IMG/VR virus record: IMGVR_UViG_3300030330_003269
Span: 32,766-96,765 of that record
Strand: one strand, 5' to 3'
Source of the DNA: a virus
Taxonomy: Duplodnaviria; Caudoviricetes
DNA: 64,000 nucleotides
The notes beneath the pieces are model-generated. The model saw nothing but the letters and a program-made list of their open reading frames with translations. It searched no databases and was not told where the DNA came from. The translations under genes and the position numbers were made by a program. This document shows, in pieces, positions 46,714-56,754 of this stretch. Positions within the stretch are counted from its first letter, which is position 1; each line of letters begins with the position of its first letter.

Positions 46714-48050
46714 GGAGAAAGGTTTTAATTTCTGCTAACAACCATGAACATATAAATGCAAGGAGTAATTTGGACATTACTTCTGTCAAACGCCGATTAG
46801 GTGAAGGTAAGTGGGATAAAGTTTTAAAAGAGCGAATGGTGGAACTATCCGTAGCAGATGATTACGAAGAAGCAAAACATGAATGGATTGCTACTGGTGA
46901 AGTCTTTTGGTCGGATTATTATGTTCCTCAAGAAAGAATGCCCGAATGGATTACTAATTCCAGAAACGGATATGGTAAGTGTCTTTGTGGACACCGAATC
47001 AAATATCATTTCCGTATTGAAAATACAGAGAATGGAAATGTTGAATGCGTTGGTAGCGACCACATCAATTCATATTTGATTGTTCGTCAAATTTCACAGG
47101 AGTTGAGTATTCCTGCTGACATGATTACTGATGAACAAATTAAGGAGTGGATTGATGTTCGTATTAAGTCCATGAAAGCAGAAGCATGGTGGACTGAACA
47201 GGGTCAAGCATTTGAAATGATGTTTGAAGCGGTTCGTGAATTAGACTTGTATTACAATGTTCACCAAAAGGGTGGGCAATATTGGGATGCTGAAATTGAA
47301 GAGAACCGAGACATTACCACTATTCGTAAGCGAGCAGAAGGTAAATTCGGTCAAACTGGATATAAAATGGCTTCTATTGTTTGGCGTTGGAATCACCCAG
47401 ATAACCCAAAGAACCAACAAACAGTTCATGGCTATCCAAATGATAATTTGATGAAAGACCTTGCTTTGTTCTATGTGAAATCAACTGAACTATCTCTTGA
47501 ATTCTTAGCAGAAAAGAAGAGAATTGAAGAGAAGAAAGCGGCAATAGCCCGACGAAAGCAGGAAATAATTGAACGCCGTCGCCGTCAAGAAGCCGAAAGA
47601 CAGGCAAGAATGGAAGAACGCCGCCGATACCTTGAGTCTCCTGAATATCAGGAAAAACTTCGTATTGAACGAGAAAGACAGGAAAGACTTGAGCGTGAAC
47701 GAGAAGAACGCCGATTGGAAGCGTTTAGAAAGGAACAGTTAGAATACAAACTGTTTCTTCGTAAGCAAAGCCGAACCTTCCGTTTCGGTTGCGCTCAGTT
47801 CAATATGCCCATGTTTGATGAAACTTGGGCATCTCATTCTAATGAGTTAAAATTGCTTGCTAGAATTAAAGAAAGGATGGAAGAGAGAAAATCTCTTTCT
47901 GATAGCGACATTCGTTTCTTACACGAAAAGTATAATGAAATGAAACCTACGGAAACGCAACTTCTTAACCTAAAAGCCCTCGGTTATGAAGAAAAGGTGA
48001 AAACCAAATATGAGGCAATTGAAATAATTAAAAAACTAAAAGGTGAATAA
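46710..48050 (+). CDS. Zn-binding and coiled-coil protein
   Basis: CLCGHRI...VGSDHI; long E/R-rich helix. Confidence 0.75.
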   Translation: MRRKVLISANNHEHINARSNLDITSVKRRLGEGKWDKVLKERMVELSVADDYEEAKHEWIATGEVFWSDYYVPQERMPEWITNSRNGYGKCLCGHRIKYHFRIENTENGNVECVGSDHINSYLIVRQISQELSIPADMITDEQIKEWIDVRIKSMKAEAWWTEQGQAFEMMFEAVRELDLYYNVHQKGGQYWDAEIEENRDITTIRKRAEGKFGQTGYKMASIVWRWNHPDNPKNQQTVHGYPNDNLMKDLALFYVKSTELSLEFLAEKKRIEEKKAAIARRKQEIIERRRRQEAERQARMEERRRYLESPEYQEKLRIERERQERLEREREERRLEAFRKEQLEYKLFLRKQSRTFRFGCAQFNMPMFDETWASHSNELKLLARIKERMEERKSLSDSDIRFLHEKYNEMKPTETQLLNLKALGYEEKVKTKYEAIEIIKKLKGE

Positions 48051-48163
48051 AATGGAAAAAGATACGAAAATTGGATTGGCTTTGGTATTGGGAAGTATTG
48101 CTATCCCTGTGATTGGAGGCTTTATTGCCTCATACATCATCGGCATTGGCGACCACCCCCTTG

Positions 48164-48188
48164 AATGAAGCCCTTTATATATGATTGA
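48164..48188 (+). promoter_or_regulatory. archaeal BRE/TATA promoter of the Ubl gene
   Basis: AATGAAGCCCTTTATATATGATTGA. Confidence 0.75.
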
Positions 48189-48220
48189 GGATAGGAAAGA
48201 ATGCAACAGGAGTTGATATT

Positions 48221-48427
48221 ATGATTAGACTAAGAATTTTGAATGAAACAGGACATACAGACTTAATGCTCGCTTCATCTGAAGTGATTGAGCAAATTGG
48301 CGACCATCCGACCCATTGGGTTTTTATTGACGGAGAAATGGTTGCTAGAGAAAGTATTGCAGGAATTAACTGGGACACCGTTCAATCGGTGGACTTGACT
48401 CCTGCAATTGTTGGAGGAAATTACTGA
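48221..48427 (+). CDS. ubiquitin-like beta-grasp protein (ThiS/MoaD/SAMP-like) with GG-NY end
   Basis: 68 aa; WVFIDGEMV and VDLTPAIVGG-NY; AGGAG RBS. Confidence 0.8.
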   Translation: MIRLRILNETGHTDLMLASSEVIEQIGDHPTHWVFIDGEMVARESIAGINWDTVQSVDLTPAIVGGNY

Positions 48428-48462
48428 AAGTAATTTTTTCCTGTTCTCAATTGCCCACAATC

Positions 48463-48505
48463 GGGGGAGTCGTTAGTTATATTAACTGGCGGCTTCCCCT
48501 TTTTT
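48463..48505 (+). terminator. hairpin plus T-tract terminator
   Basis: GGGGAGTCGTTAGTTA...TAACTGGCGGCTTCCCC-TTTTTT. Confidence 0.75.
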
Positions 48506-48507
48506 GA

Positions 48508-48897
48508 GTGATGGAAGCCGATTTACTCAATTTTATTCACGAAGATGCCCTCAAATTAATGCTTGATTTGAAGGGCTGGCAATATGCCAAAAACGCACTA
48601 CTGCTCAACGGTTTAGCAGTTGTGAAGCCCGATTTTTACCCACCCCGTCATATCCTTGCGACGGGTCGGAAGGGCTACATTTATGCCGAGGGACAAACTC
48701 GGATTGACTACGCAGGGCAAGTGTTTGCTTCTGTTGAAGATTTGTTCACAACACACGGAAAAGAAGCGATTCTTGATTTTAAGAATTGGTCTTTTCTGGA
48801 AGAAAAAGAATGGGTCTTGACAGATGGACAAACACCGTTTATCTTTAGTTTTACAACTTTAGATGCCTTGCCAAAAAGGACAAAATACAGGTGTTGA
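48508..48897 (+). CDS. hypothetical protein
   Basis: 129 aa. Confidence 0.65.
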   Translation: MMEADLLNFIHEDALKLMLDLKGWQYAKNALLLNGLAVVKPDFYPPRHILATGRKGYIYAEGQTRIDYAGQVFASVEDLFTTHGKEAILDFKNWSFLEEKEWVLTDGQTPFIFSFTTLDALPKRTKYRC

Positions 48898-48900
48898 AAA

Positions 48901-50766
48901 ATGAAACAAGAACAAAACATTAAGATTCTATCAGATATTACGGTGCATATGAAATACGCTAAGTTTAGCGAAGAAAAGTCCCGACGAGAAACATGGGATG
49001 AAATTGTTGAGCGAAATATGCAAATGCACATTAAGACTTACCCACAATTAAAGGACGAAATTGTAGATGTTTATACTCATTTTGTGAAAACAAAGAAAGT
49101 ATTGCCTTCTATGCGTTCAATGCAGTTTGGTGGTAAGCCTATTGAAATTAGTCCAAACCGTGTGTATAATTGTGCTTATATGCCAATTGATACTCATATT
49201 GCTTTTAGTGAAGCCATGTTTCTTTTGTTAGGAGGAACAGGTGTTGGTTATTCCGTTCAAAGACATCATGTGGAATTGATGTCTCCTATTCAGCATCCCA
49301 ACCCTAATCGCCAACGACGCTATTTAGTTAATGATTCAATAGAAGGTTGGGCTGATGCAGTTAAAATTCTAATGGAATGTTATACTGGTATTAGAACATC
49401 CACTCCTACTTTTGATTATTCGGATATTAGACCAAAAGGTTCTCTTTTGAAAACTTCTGGTGGTAAAGCCCCAGGCCCACAACCATTGAGAGAATGTCTC
49501 GTTAAAATTGAAGGTATGCTTCAAAACATTCCTAATGGTTCTAACTTGAAACCTATTCAAGCACATGATATTATGTGTCATATTGCTGATGCTGTTCTTA
49601 GCGGCGGTATTCGTCGTGCGGCTATGATTAGTCTGTTTTCAGCAGACGACCATGAGATGATTGCTTGTAAATCTGGTAATTGGTGGGAAAACAATGCTCA
49701 AAGAGGCAGAGCAAACAATTCAGCAGTATTGCTACGACACCGTGTAAAGAAACCATTCTTTATGGATTTGTGGAACAGAATTAAAGCCTCTGGTTCGGGA
49801 GAACCTGGAATTTATTTCAATAATGATAAAGACTGGGGAACGAACCCATGCTGTGAAATCGCTTTGCGCCCTTATCAATTTTGTAATCTTACTGAGGTAA
49901 ATGCTTCAAATGTAATTGACCAAGCCGATTTAGAATCAAGAGTTTCTGCCGCCGCTTTCCTCGGAACGCTTCAAGCAGGATATACCGATTTCCATTATCT
50001 TCGTGAGGTTTGGCGAAAGAACACAGAAAAAGATGCTTTGCTTGGTGTTTCTATGACTGGTATTGCTTCAAATGTTGTTGAGCATTTAGATTTAGAAATG
50101 GCCGCTTATGAAGTCAAGAAAGAAAATGAGCGTGTTGCTAAGTTAATTGGTATTAATCCTGCTTCACGAACAACCTGTGTTAAACCTGCTGGAACTACTT
50201 CTCTTGTTCTTGGAACATCAAGTGGTATTCACGCTTGGCATAATCATTACTATATTCGCAGAATCAGAGTTGGTAAAAACGAAGCCATTTATGACTATTT
50301 GATTCGCAATCATCCCGAATTGGTTGAAGATGAATTCTTTAATCCGATTGAACAGGCAGTTATTAGTATTCCTCAAAAAGCCCCCGAAGGTGCAATTACT
50401 CGCCACGAATCAGTATTTGATTTGTTGGAGCGAGTCAAGAACTTTAGTATTCGTTGGGTCGGCGCAGGACATAATGATGGTTTGAATACTCACAATGTTT
50501 CAGCGACTATTTCTATCAAAGAAGATGAATGGGAGAAGGTTGCGGAATGGATGTGGATTAATCGGCATTATTACAATGGCTTATCTGTATTACCCTATGA
50601 TGGTGGTTCCTACACTCAAGCACCGTTTGAAGACTGTGATGCTAAAATGTATGAGGAACTAAGTGAAACCTTAACTCAAGTTGATTTATCTAAGGTTGTT
50701 GAAACCCAAGACAATACTGACCTTTCAGGCGAATTAGCCTGTGCTGGTGGTGCTTGTGAAATCTAG
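48901..50766 (+). CDS. nrdJ: class II (B12-dependent) ribonucleotide reductase, monomeric type
   Basis: YNC, GGIRRAAMI, TNPCCEI, CNLTE, TTCVKPAGT, C-terminal ACAGGACEI; no small-subunit gene adjacent. Confidence 0.93.
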   Translation: MKQEQNIKILSDITVHMKYAKFSEEKSRRETWDEIVERNMQMHIKTYPQLKDEIVDVYTHFVKTKKVLPSMRSMQFGGKPIEISPNRVYNCAYMPIDTHIAFSEAMFLLLGGTGVGYSVQRHHVELMSPIQHPNPNRQRRYLVNDSIEGWADAVKILMECYTGIRTSTPTFDYSDIRPKGSLLKTSGGKAPGPQPLRECLVKIEGMLQNIPNGSNLKPIQAHDIMCHIADAVLSGGIRRAAMISLFSADDHEMIACKSGNWWENNAQRGRANNSAVLLRHRVKKPFFMDLWNRIKASGSGEPGIYFNNDKDWGTNPCCEIALRPYQFCNLTEVNASNVIDQADLESRVSAAAFLGTLQAGYTDFHYLREVWRKNTEKDALLGVSMTGIASNVVEHLDLEMAAYEVKKENERVAKLIGINPASRTTCVKPAGTTSLVLGTSSGIHAWHNHYYIRRIRVGKNEAIYDYLIRNHPELVEDEFFNPIEQAVISIPQKAPEGAITRHESVFDLLERVKNFSIRWVGAGHNDGLNTHNVSATISIKEDEWEKVAEWMWINRHYYNGLSVLPYDGGSYTQAPFEDCDAKMYEELSETLTQVDLSKVVETQDNTDLSGELACAGGACEI

Positions 50767-50774
50767 GTGAGAAT

Positions 50775-51146
50775 ATGACAACGCTTTTTAATTCCTATAA
50801 GGAATGTGAAAGTGTAATTATCCAAATGTGCAATTATAATGATAATACAAATCTTGATAGATTGACAATGGCAATTAATGTCTGTCATTCTCTTCAAGAT
50901 GATAAAGAAAAAATATGGAGACTTTCTCAAACCTTTCTAAAAACTCTTTGGAATAATGACGAAGCAATCCGAAAAGGATTTCATAAGTATTTTAAAGAAG
51001 AGGCAGAAAAAATAAAACAAATGTTAGAGTATCATGAAAAAGAATGCCCTAAACATAATTGTAAAGTGTGCACTCACGAAAAAAATATCAAAGAAAAGAT
51101 GGTGAAAATATATGAAAGAAAAAGACCCAAAATATATTCTCAATAA
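50775..51146 (+). CDS. hypothetical protein
   Basis: 123 aa, GGTGA RBS. Confidence 0.6.
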   Translation: MTTLFNSYKECESVIIQMCNYNDNTNLDRLTMAINVCHSLQDDKEKIWRLSQTFLKTLWNNDEAIRKGFHKYFKEEAEKIKQMLEYHEKECPKHNCKVCTHEKNIKEKMVKIYERKRPKIYSQ

Positions 51147-51277
51147 GAGAAAGAATAAACAGGTCGCTACTCGTTGTAGAGTCTGCGGAAATCAATTGCT
51201 ATTGGCAGAAGAAATAGAAAAAGAAATTCACAATTATTGTGATAATGATAATAAAAATATGTATGTGATGTGATTAT

Positions 51278-52408
51278 ATGGCAAAAATTGAAATTGCAAA
51301 ACCCGATGATAGTCGTTCATACGATAGAACTGAGATTCATTGTGAGACTTTTAACTTCAGAGATTCAACCATTGGCCCAGATAGGTCAAAGAAAGACCCT
51401 ATTCTAGCAGGTATTGAAAACTATTGGAGAAATTATCTGTCTCCCAAAAAGACAAGATATTACCGTGGGGCTGGTTTTGAACCCACTTTTAACCATTTAG
51501 TTAAAATCGGTTCCTGTCCTGTTTTACTTTCTCGTTCAGGTATTCGTTATGAGATTAATGGTAAAGTTGCTAATTTAGCAGATATTGTCTCTGCATTGGC
51601 TCGTTTAACATACAAATCTTGTTTTGAGCAAGACCCTGCTAAGTTGTTGCTTACTTTATATTCAACGCTGAATCTTCCTGCTGATGTAAAGTATTGTCTT
51701 GAGAATCGCATTCCTTATTTCTTTTATGATTTTAATGAAAGTCGTGAAAAGATTGAGGTTCGTCTTAACTGTCAGCAAATTGGCGATAAAGAAATCGCAG
51801 TTGAGATTAGTGATGGTATTTGGGGAACAATGTCTGTCCGAGAATTAAATACTTTCTGTAATTTCTATGTTCATGGAAAGAAAGTTGGTTCTTGGGTAAA
51901 TATTAGTCCCGATGAACTTTATTATCGTTTAATGGATGAAGATGCTTCGGAGTCAAGTATGAAGGTGATGAGAGCCTTCCTTGCACAAAACCGAACACAG
52001 GATATTGTTGAGCAACGGGCTATTGAATTGGTTCAAGAATTACTAAGTCAATATCCTGACAGGCTCAAGGCTACCTTTGATGCAAACGGCGACCTCTCTT
52101 CTCTTTATGTGAAAGGTCAAGATTATGATTGGAAGATTACTGACACCAAATTCAAGTCTGAAATTCAGATGGTTTCTACTTATGTTTGGCAACCGATTAG
52201 GAGAGATGAACCAGAAGATATAGATTGGCGAGGGCCGATTTGTATTGACAATATGGCGAAGGGTTCTTCGCTTGGCGACCAATTTGCCGCAAGAGCGTTA
52301 GCCTTATTAAATGACTCTTTTACCATACAAATTGTAAGCACAATCCAACGCTATCTGGTTGGAAGTAAAAATGAAAATAGGTTTGATTTTGATGAAATTG
52401 AAATGTGA
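51278..52408 (+). CDS. hypothetical protein with C-terminal GPICID motif (possible E2-like)
   Basis: 376 aa; WRGPICIDN...GDQFAARALALLND. Confidence 0.6.
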   Translation: MAKIEIAKPDDSRSYDRTEIHCETFNFRDSTIGPDRSKKDPILAGIENYWRNYLSPKKTRYYRGAGFEPTFNHLVKIGSCPVLLSRSGIRYEINGKVANLADIVSALARLTYKSCFEQDPAKLLLTLYSTLNLPADVKYCLENRIPYFFYDFNESREKIEVRLNCQQIGDKEIAVEISDGIWGTMSVRELNTFCNFYVHGKKVGSWVNISPDELYYRLMDEDASESSMKVMRAFLAQNRTQDIVEQRAIELVQELLSQYPDRLKATFDANGDLSSLYVKGQDYDWKITDTKFKSEIQMVSTYVWQPIRRDEPEDIDWRGPICIDNMAKGSSLGDQFAARALALLNDSFTIQIVSTIQRYLVGSKNENRFDFDEIEM

Positions 52409-53258
52409 AGATTGTGGAAGCAGAAACAACGAATTTGATGAATCTCTTGGAGAAACAGTCTGTTCGGATTGTGGTCTTGTTCTTGATGTTGAAATCTTTG
52501 AGCAAACTACTTTAGGCATCAAAGGTGGTGAAGCCACCCATACTGCTAACTTAGGTTTGTTTAATCGTGGATTAGGCTCATCTATTGAAGGCAGTATTAA
52601 AAACATTAGGTCTCATGTAGTAAAGAAAACAGTTAATTCTGTTCTACCTACATATGTTATGGATGGATTGCACAACTGTAATATGGTTTTTGCTCCATTT
52701 AGTCATCTTCTAAATCAAGAAGAAATGCATAAACTGTATCTTGATTTATTCAATAAAGGTGTATTTTCAACGAGCGACACCTATGAAACAAGAGCAGTAT
52801 CTATTGTGTATTTCATGCTACTGAATCAAGGTATGCCTCATACCTTTGAAGAAGTTGCTTTAGATTTATCTTCAGAGATACCAAAAGCAAAAAAGGTTGT
52901 AAAGAAGATAAAGAAACATCTAGGATTTAGACCTGTTCGTGAAAATATATACTTTCTTTTAGATAGAGTTCTTTCTAAGTTAAATGCTGGAAACGATTTC
53001 AACAAGGAAGCGGTCAAGACTATGGAATATTTTGAAACTATTCTTGAAGCAAACGACTATAACAAAACAGTTAATCATTATGAATGCATCTGTTGGATTA
53101 CTGCAAATGCGATTCTTTCGCATACAGAAATCTCACAGAAATACATTTGTGAAAAGACAAACAGAAAAAGAGATAGTTTAATGAAAAACACTAAAACCCT
53201 GTTATCCTATCTCAATATGACAAAAGTCAAAGAAATTAGGGGGAAGAAATTATGGTAA
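52392..53258 (+). CDS. tfb: transcription initiation factor TFB/TFIIB homologue
   Basis: Zn ribbon CEDCGS...DESLGETVCSDCGLVL followed by two cyclin-like helical repeats. Confidence 0.85.
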   Translation: MKLKCEDCGSRNNEFDESLGETVCSDCGLVLDVEIFEQTTLGIKGGEATHTANLGLFNRGLGSSIEGSIKNIRSHVVKKTVNSVLPTYVMDGLHNCNMVFAPFSHLLNQEEMHKLYLDLFNKGVFSTSDTYETRAVSIVYFMLLNQGMPHTFEEVALDLSSEIPKAKKVVKKIKKHLGFRPVRENIYFLLDRVLSKLNAGNDFNKEAVKTMEYFETILEANDYNKTVNHYECICWITANAILSHTEISQKYICEKTNRKRDSLMKNTKTLLSYLNMTKVKEIRGKKLW

Positions 53259-53437
53259 GAAATAAAACAGAAAAACGAGAAAGCCTGACAATAACTGATT
53301 GTGATAAGTGCGGTCAGCCTATGACTCGCAAAGAAGCAACTTTATGGGTGAATAATGGAGAAGTGTATGCCATGCACAAATCTTGCTTACCCCGAAAGGT
53401 TAAAATTGAACGAGGATATATTGAGGTGAAACAATGA
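53252..53437 (+). CDS. small Zn-finger protein
   Basis: CDKC...HKSC. Confidence 0.6.
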   Translation: MVRNKTEKRESLTITDCDKCGQPMTRKEATLWVNNGEVYAMHKSCLPRKVKIERGYIEVKQ

Positions 53438-53760
53438 CATTTATCAAGGAATGGAATAGCGTTGCAAAGAAGGTCTATAAAAACGCCGTTAATCATGGTT
53501 TTTGGAAAGAAGAACCAAATGACGGAGAACGCATGGCTTTGATTCATGCTGAAATTAGCGAAGCACTTGAAGCCTTGCGTGAAGGTAATCCTTCTTCATC
53601 AAAAATTATGGAATTTAGTAATCTTGAAGAAGAATTAGCCGATGCAGTAATTCGCATTATGGATTATGCTTTCGGCAAAGACTTAGATATTGCAGGAGCA
53701 ATTCTAGCAAAGATGGAATATAATGAAAGCCGTGAATTTATGCATGGCAAAACTTTTTGA
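53434..53760 (+). CDS. MazG-like NTP pyrophosphohydrolase
   Basis: LIHAEISEALE...EEELADAVIRIMD. Confidence 0.88.
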   Translation: MTFIKEWNSVAKKVYKNAVNHGFWKEEPNDGERMALIHAEISEALEALREGNPSSSKIMEFSNLEEELADAVIRIMDYAFGKDLDIAGAILAKMEYNESREFMHGKTF

Positions 53761-53771
53761 GGTGATTAAAT

Positions 53772-54194
53772 ATGGAATGTAATGATGAAGATAGAATAGC
53801 ACTAGATGAAAATGCCCGTAAAACTCTTGAGGAGTTAAGAACAGATTGTCCTTTTTGTGTAGAGAAAGTCAAAGAATTTATGGGAATATCTAGCACAACT
53901 ATTATGTCAATGCCCGACCCTAACGCAGCAATTAATTACATTTTTAATTTTAATTGGGATTGTCCTCTTTGTGAGAAAAATGTGAAACCCGATGATGTTT
54001 TCCCTCTTTCTCCTGAAATGCAAGAGGTTGAAAAATACGAGAAAATGGGACACAAAATTGTTTTTCACCAGGAATATGATGCTTATTTGAATTATACTCT
54101 TGAGAAGAAAATTAGCCTAGATTGTGGAGATGAAAATTGTGAATTTTGTAATAAAGAAATTGATTGGAAGAAAATTAAAGAGGCATACCTATGA
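53772..54194 (+). CDS. Cys-rich hypothetical protein
   Basis: CPFC, CPLC, C..CEFC. Confidence 0.65.
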   Translation: MECNDEDRIALDENARKTLEELRTDCPFCVEKVKEFMGISSTTIMSMPDPNAAINYIFNFNWDCPLCEKNVKPDDVFPLSPEMQEVEKYEKMGHKIVFHQEYDAYLNYTLEKKISLDCGDENCEFCNKEIDWKKIKEAYL

Positions 54195-54457
54195 GTGATT
54201 TTGAAAAATTTATCAAAGAAATGCAAAAGAAAGGAACAATTGTAGCAGGTTTAGATGCGTGTATGTGTCCCGATTGTGTAGCAAGAAGGAAAAAGTTCGG
54301 TGCAAAAGCACCAGAAATTATTCCTCTTGAATCGGACGACCCTGTTCAGGAAGAGAATCGTAAAAGAGCAATTAAGCGCATGGAATTAGGAATGCGAAGA
54401 ACGAATCAAACTCAAAGAAAGACAAAACAAAGAAAAAATAAGAAAAAGGAGAAATAA
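54191..54457 (+). CDS. hypothetical basic protein
   Basis: CMCPDC. Confidence 0.6.
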   Translation: MSDFEKFIKEMQKKGTIVAGLDACMCPDCVARRKKFGAKAPEIIPLESDDPVQEENRKRAIKRMELGMRRTNQTQRKTKQRKNKKKEK

Positions 54458-54459
54458 AT

Positions 54460-55017
54460 ATGAAAAAAGTATTAGTAATCGGAGCAGGTGGGATTGGAAG
54501 TTTTCTAATCCCGCTTTTGGATAAAGTTGGTCTTTATGACATAACTGTGGCTGACCCAGATTCAGTTGAAGGTAAGAATATACCTTATCAAAACTTTAAT
54601 CTAGGCCATGTAAGTCGTAATAAAGCAGCAGTTATGGCAGAAAACTATGATTCTGTCAGTATTGGTAGCGAATACCCTATTTTGACCAAGAAGCAGATGC
54701 AGGGGTATGACCTTGTGATTTGCTGTGTTGATAACTTGAGCGTGAGGCGAACCTTATACAACACAAGTATTAAATGGTTAGACCTACGAGCGCAGGGTAG
54801 AAATGCCGCCCTTGTGTCGCATAAGGCCGACCCGAAGATGTATGATATGCTCTTAGCAGGTGAAGAAGGTTCATTCAGTTGTCAAGGGGATTCATGGGAT
54901 GGAACAAATAAAGGAGTTCATTTTATGCAAGTCGCAATCGCTGGATTAGGCGCACAATGGACGCAAAGGTTCTTCAACGGAGAAGAAGTAAAAGAATATA
55001 CCGTATTAAATATGTAA
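54460..55017 (+). CDS. ThiF/E1-like Ubl-activating enzyme (minimal)
   Basis: VIGAGGIGS, DPDSVEGKN..YQ, NKA, CCVDN..VRR, WLD; candidate catalytic Cys in SFSCQ. Confidence 0.92.
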   Translation: MKKVLVIGAGGIGSFLIPLLDKVGLYDITVADPDSVEGKNIPYQNFNLGHVSRNKAAVMAENYDSVSIGSEYPILTKKQMQGYDLVICCVDNLSVRRTLYNTSIKWLDLRAQGRNAALVSHKADPKMYDMLLAGEEGSFSCQGDSWDGTNKGVHFMQVAIAGLGAQWTQRFFNGEEVKEYTVLNM

Positions 55018-55030
55018 GGAGGAATAAATA

Positions 55031-56167
55031 ATGCCAAAATACACCGCAGAAGAAGTAGCCACGCTTGTTGTAATGAGAAGTGGAGGTAGCAGTTATAAAG
55101 AAATTAACGAAGTTCTCGTTGAAAAATTCGGTAATGACCGAAAGCCTGAAACTTTGAGTGCGAAATACAATTCTATTATTTCGTCTAAAGAAAAACAGCA
55201 GGTTAGTGATAACCTAAAGGTTCAAACAATTAATAGTGAAAAGAACTGGCGTAGCGAAAATGCTACCCGTCGTCAATTGAGAACCTTAGCGGCTCTTACT
55301 GCTCCCGAAGCAAATCTTGGAGAAAGAATGGTTTTAGCAGATTCTTTTGAAAAGAAGGGAATGACTAAAGGTGAAGCATCTGATTTAATTCAATTGAATA
55401 TGAACAAGGAAAAACCTAAGAAGCCAAAGAAGGCTGAAACGAAGAAGCAAAGGCCAAAGAAGGATGAACGCTTCGTTAGGAAGAGTTCTAATTATTGGAC
55501 TCCCGCACAAACTATTCTTTTGTTTCAACTTTTTACTTCTGGAAAGAAGTGGAAGCAGGTTGCTGAGGTTTTAGGTAGAACAGAAACGGCTTGTATTCAA
55601 AAGAAAGCACAGATGGTAAGAGATGGAATTTGGGAAGATATGCAAACTGCTCAAGCAAAGGCTACTCTTGAGAAGAAGGAGAAACCGACTGAAATTGAAG
55701 TCTTTGTTGAGAAGCATGGTAATCCTCGCACTCGCCACATTACAAAGGACGAAAAGAAAATGTTGCTTAAAATCAATGACGACTTGAAGAATAGGATTCA
55801 AGAAGAACTTGATAGAAAGAACGAAGAATCTTACGAAACTTCTTGGACTCATTCCCAAGATATGAACATCTTGGTGAATTTCTATGAAATGTCCATTGAT
55901 GAGGTTAGAGAAGCATTTGCCCGACCTTACTGGATAGTGGCTCAAAGGCTTGAAATGCTCTTTGACTCTACAGAACCAGAGCATATTGCTATGCTTATGG
56001 AGGCTTCGGACATTGTTTTGAAGCGTAAGAGTCCACGAACCGAGAAGCCCCAAAAGCCTTCACGAAAGGAGCGCAGGGCGGCGAAAAAGGCCAATAAGCG
56101 AGCCGCTAAGGTTGCTCGCCTTGAGGCCAAAATGGAACGAAAGTTGAACCGACTACGAGGTGAATAA
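55031..56167 (+). CDS. protein with three Myb/SANT-like HTH repeats
   Basis: YTAEEVATL, WTPAQTILL..WKQVAEVLGRTETAC, WTHSQDMNIL. Confidence 0.7.
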   Translation: MPKYTAEEVATLVVMRSGGSSYKEINEVLVEKFGNDRKPETLSAKYNSIISSKEKQQVSDNLKVQTINSEKNWRSENATRRQLRTLAALTAPEANLGERMVLADSFEKKGMTKGEASDLIQLNMNKEKPKKPKKAETKKQRPKKDERFVRKSSNYWTPAQTILLFQLFTSGKKWKQVAEVLGRTETACIQKKAQMVRDGIWEDMQTAQAKATLEKKEKPTEIEVFVEKHGNPRTRHITKDEKKMLLKINDDLKNRIQEELDRKNEESYETSWTHSQDMNILVNFYEMSIDEVREAFARPYWIVAQRLEMLFDSTEPEHIAMLMEASDIVLKRKSPRTEKPQKPSRKERRAAKKANKRAAKVARLEAKMERKLNRLRGE

Positions 56168-56169
56168 AC

Positions 56170-56754
56170 ATGGGAAGAATTAAAGATAAAATGATTAGAG
56201 ATGGTGATGAAGACAATGATGATGGATATATCCATCATCAAATTGAACAAGCAGAATTGGAGTATTTCCGACAAAAGGCGATGAATGACATTAAGACTCA
56301 TTATGAGATTCTTTTGAATCAACAGTTGCGTTCTTGCGTTGGCCCAAGAGAAAAACTAGAAGGTGTTGCTATGCATCATTTAGCATTTCATGACACTATT
56401 TGGCAAGCATCTACGGAAACCCTTCCTAATCTTGAAGTGCAGGTTGTAATTGATGGAAAGAACAATTGTTTCGTTTCAACGGGAAGTCCAGGTTTTGTTG
56501 ATTTCTTTGAGCCTCCAATTGGTATGACTCTTCCTATTCGTTGTTGGATTCATACTCATCCCTTTGGTTCCGCATATTTTAGTGGAACTGATATTCGGAC
56601 TGTTTCTATCTGGGAACCAAATATGGAATGTGCATATGTTCTTGGCGGAACTGGACATTATGGTTTTTGGGAGAATCGTTTTGAACCTAAACAATTAGCA
56701 ATCTATGTGAACTATGAAGAACATAAAATCCAAACATGGGGTGAAGAAGAATGA
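56170..56754 (+). CDS. JAB/MPN+ (JAMM) metalloprotease
   Basis: Glu (LEVQ) plus WIHTHPFGSAYFSGTD, matching HxHx7SxxD. Confidence 0.9.
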   Translation: MGRIKDKMIRDGDEDNDDGYIHHQIEQAELEYFRQKAMNDIKTHYEILLNQQLRSCVGPREKLEGVAMHHLAFHDTIWQASTETLPNLEVQVVIDGKNNCFVSTGSPGFVDFFEPPIGMTLPIRCWIHTHPFGSAYFSGTDIRTVSIWEPNMECAYVLGGTGHYGFWENRFEPKQLAIYVNYEEHKIQTWGEEE

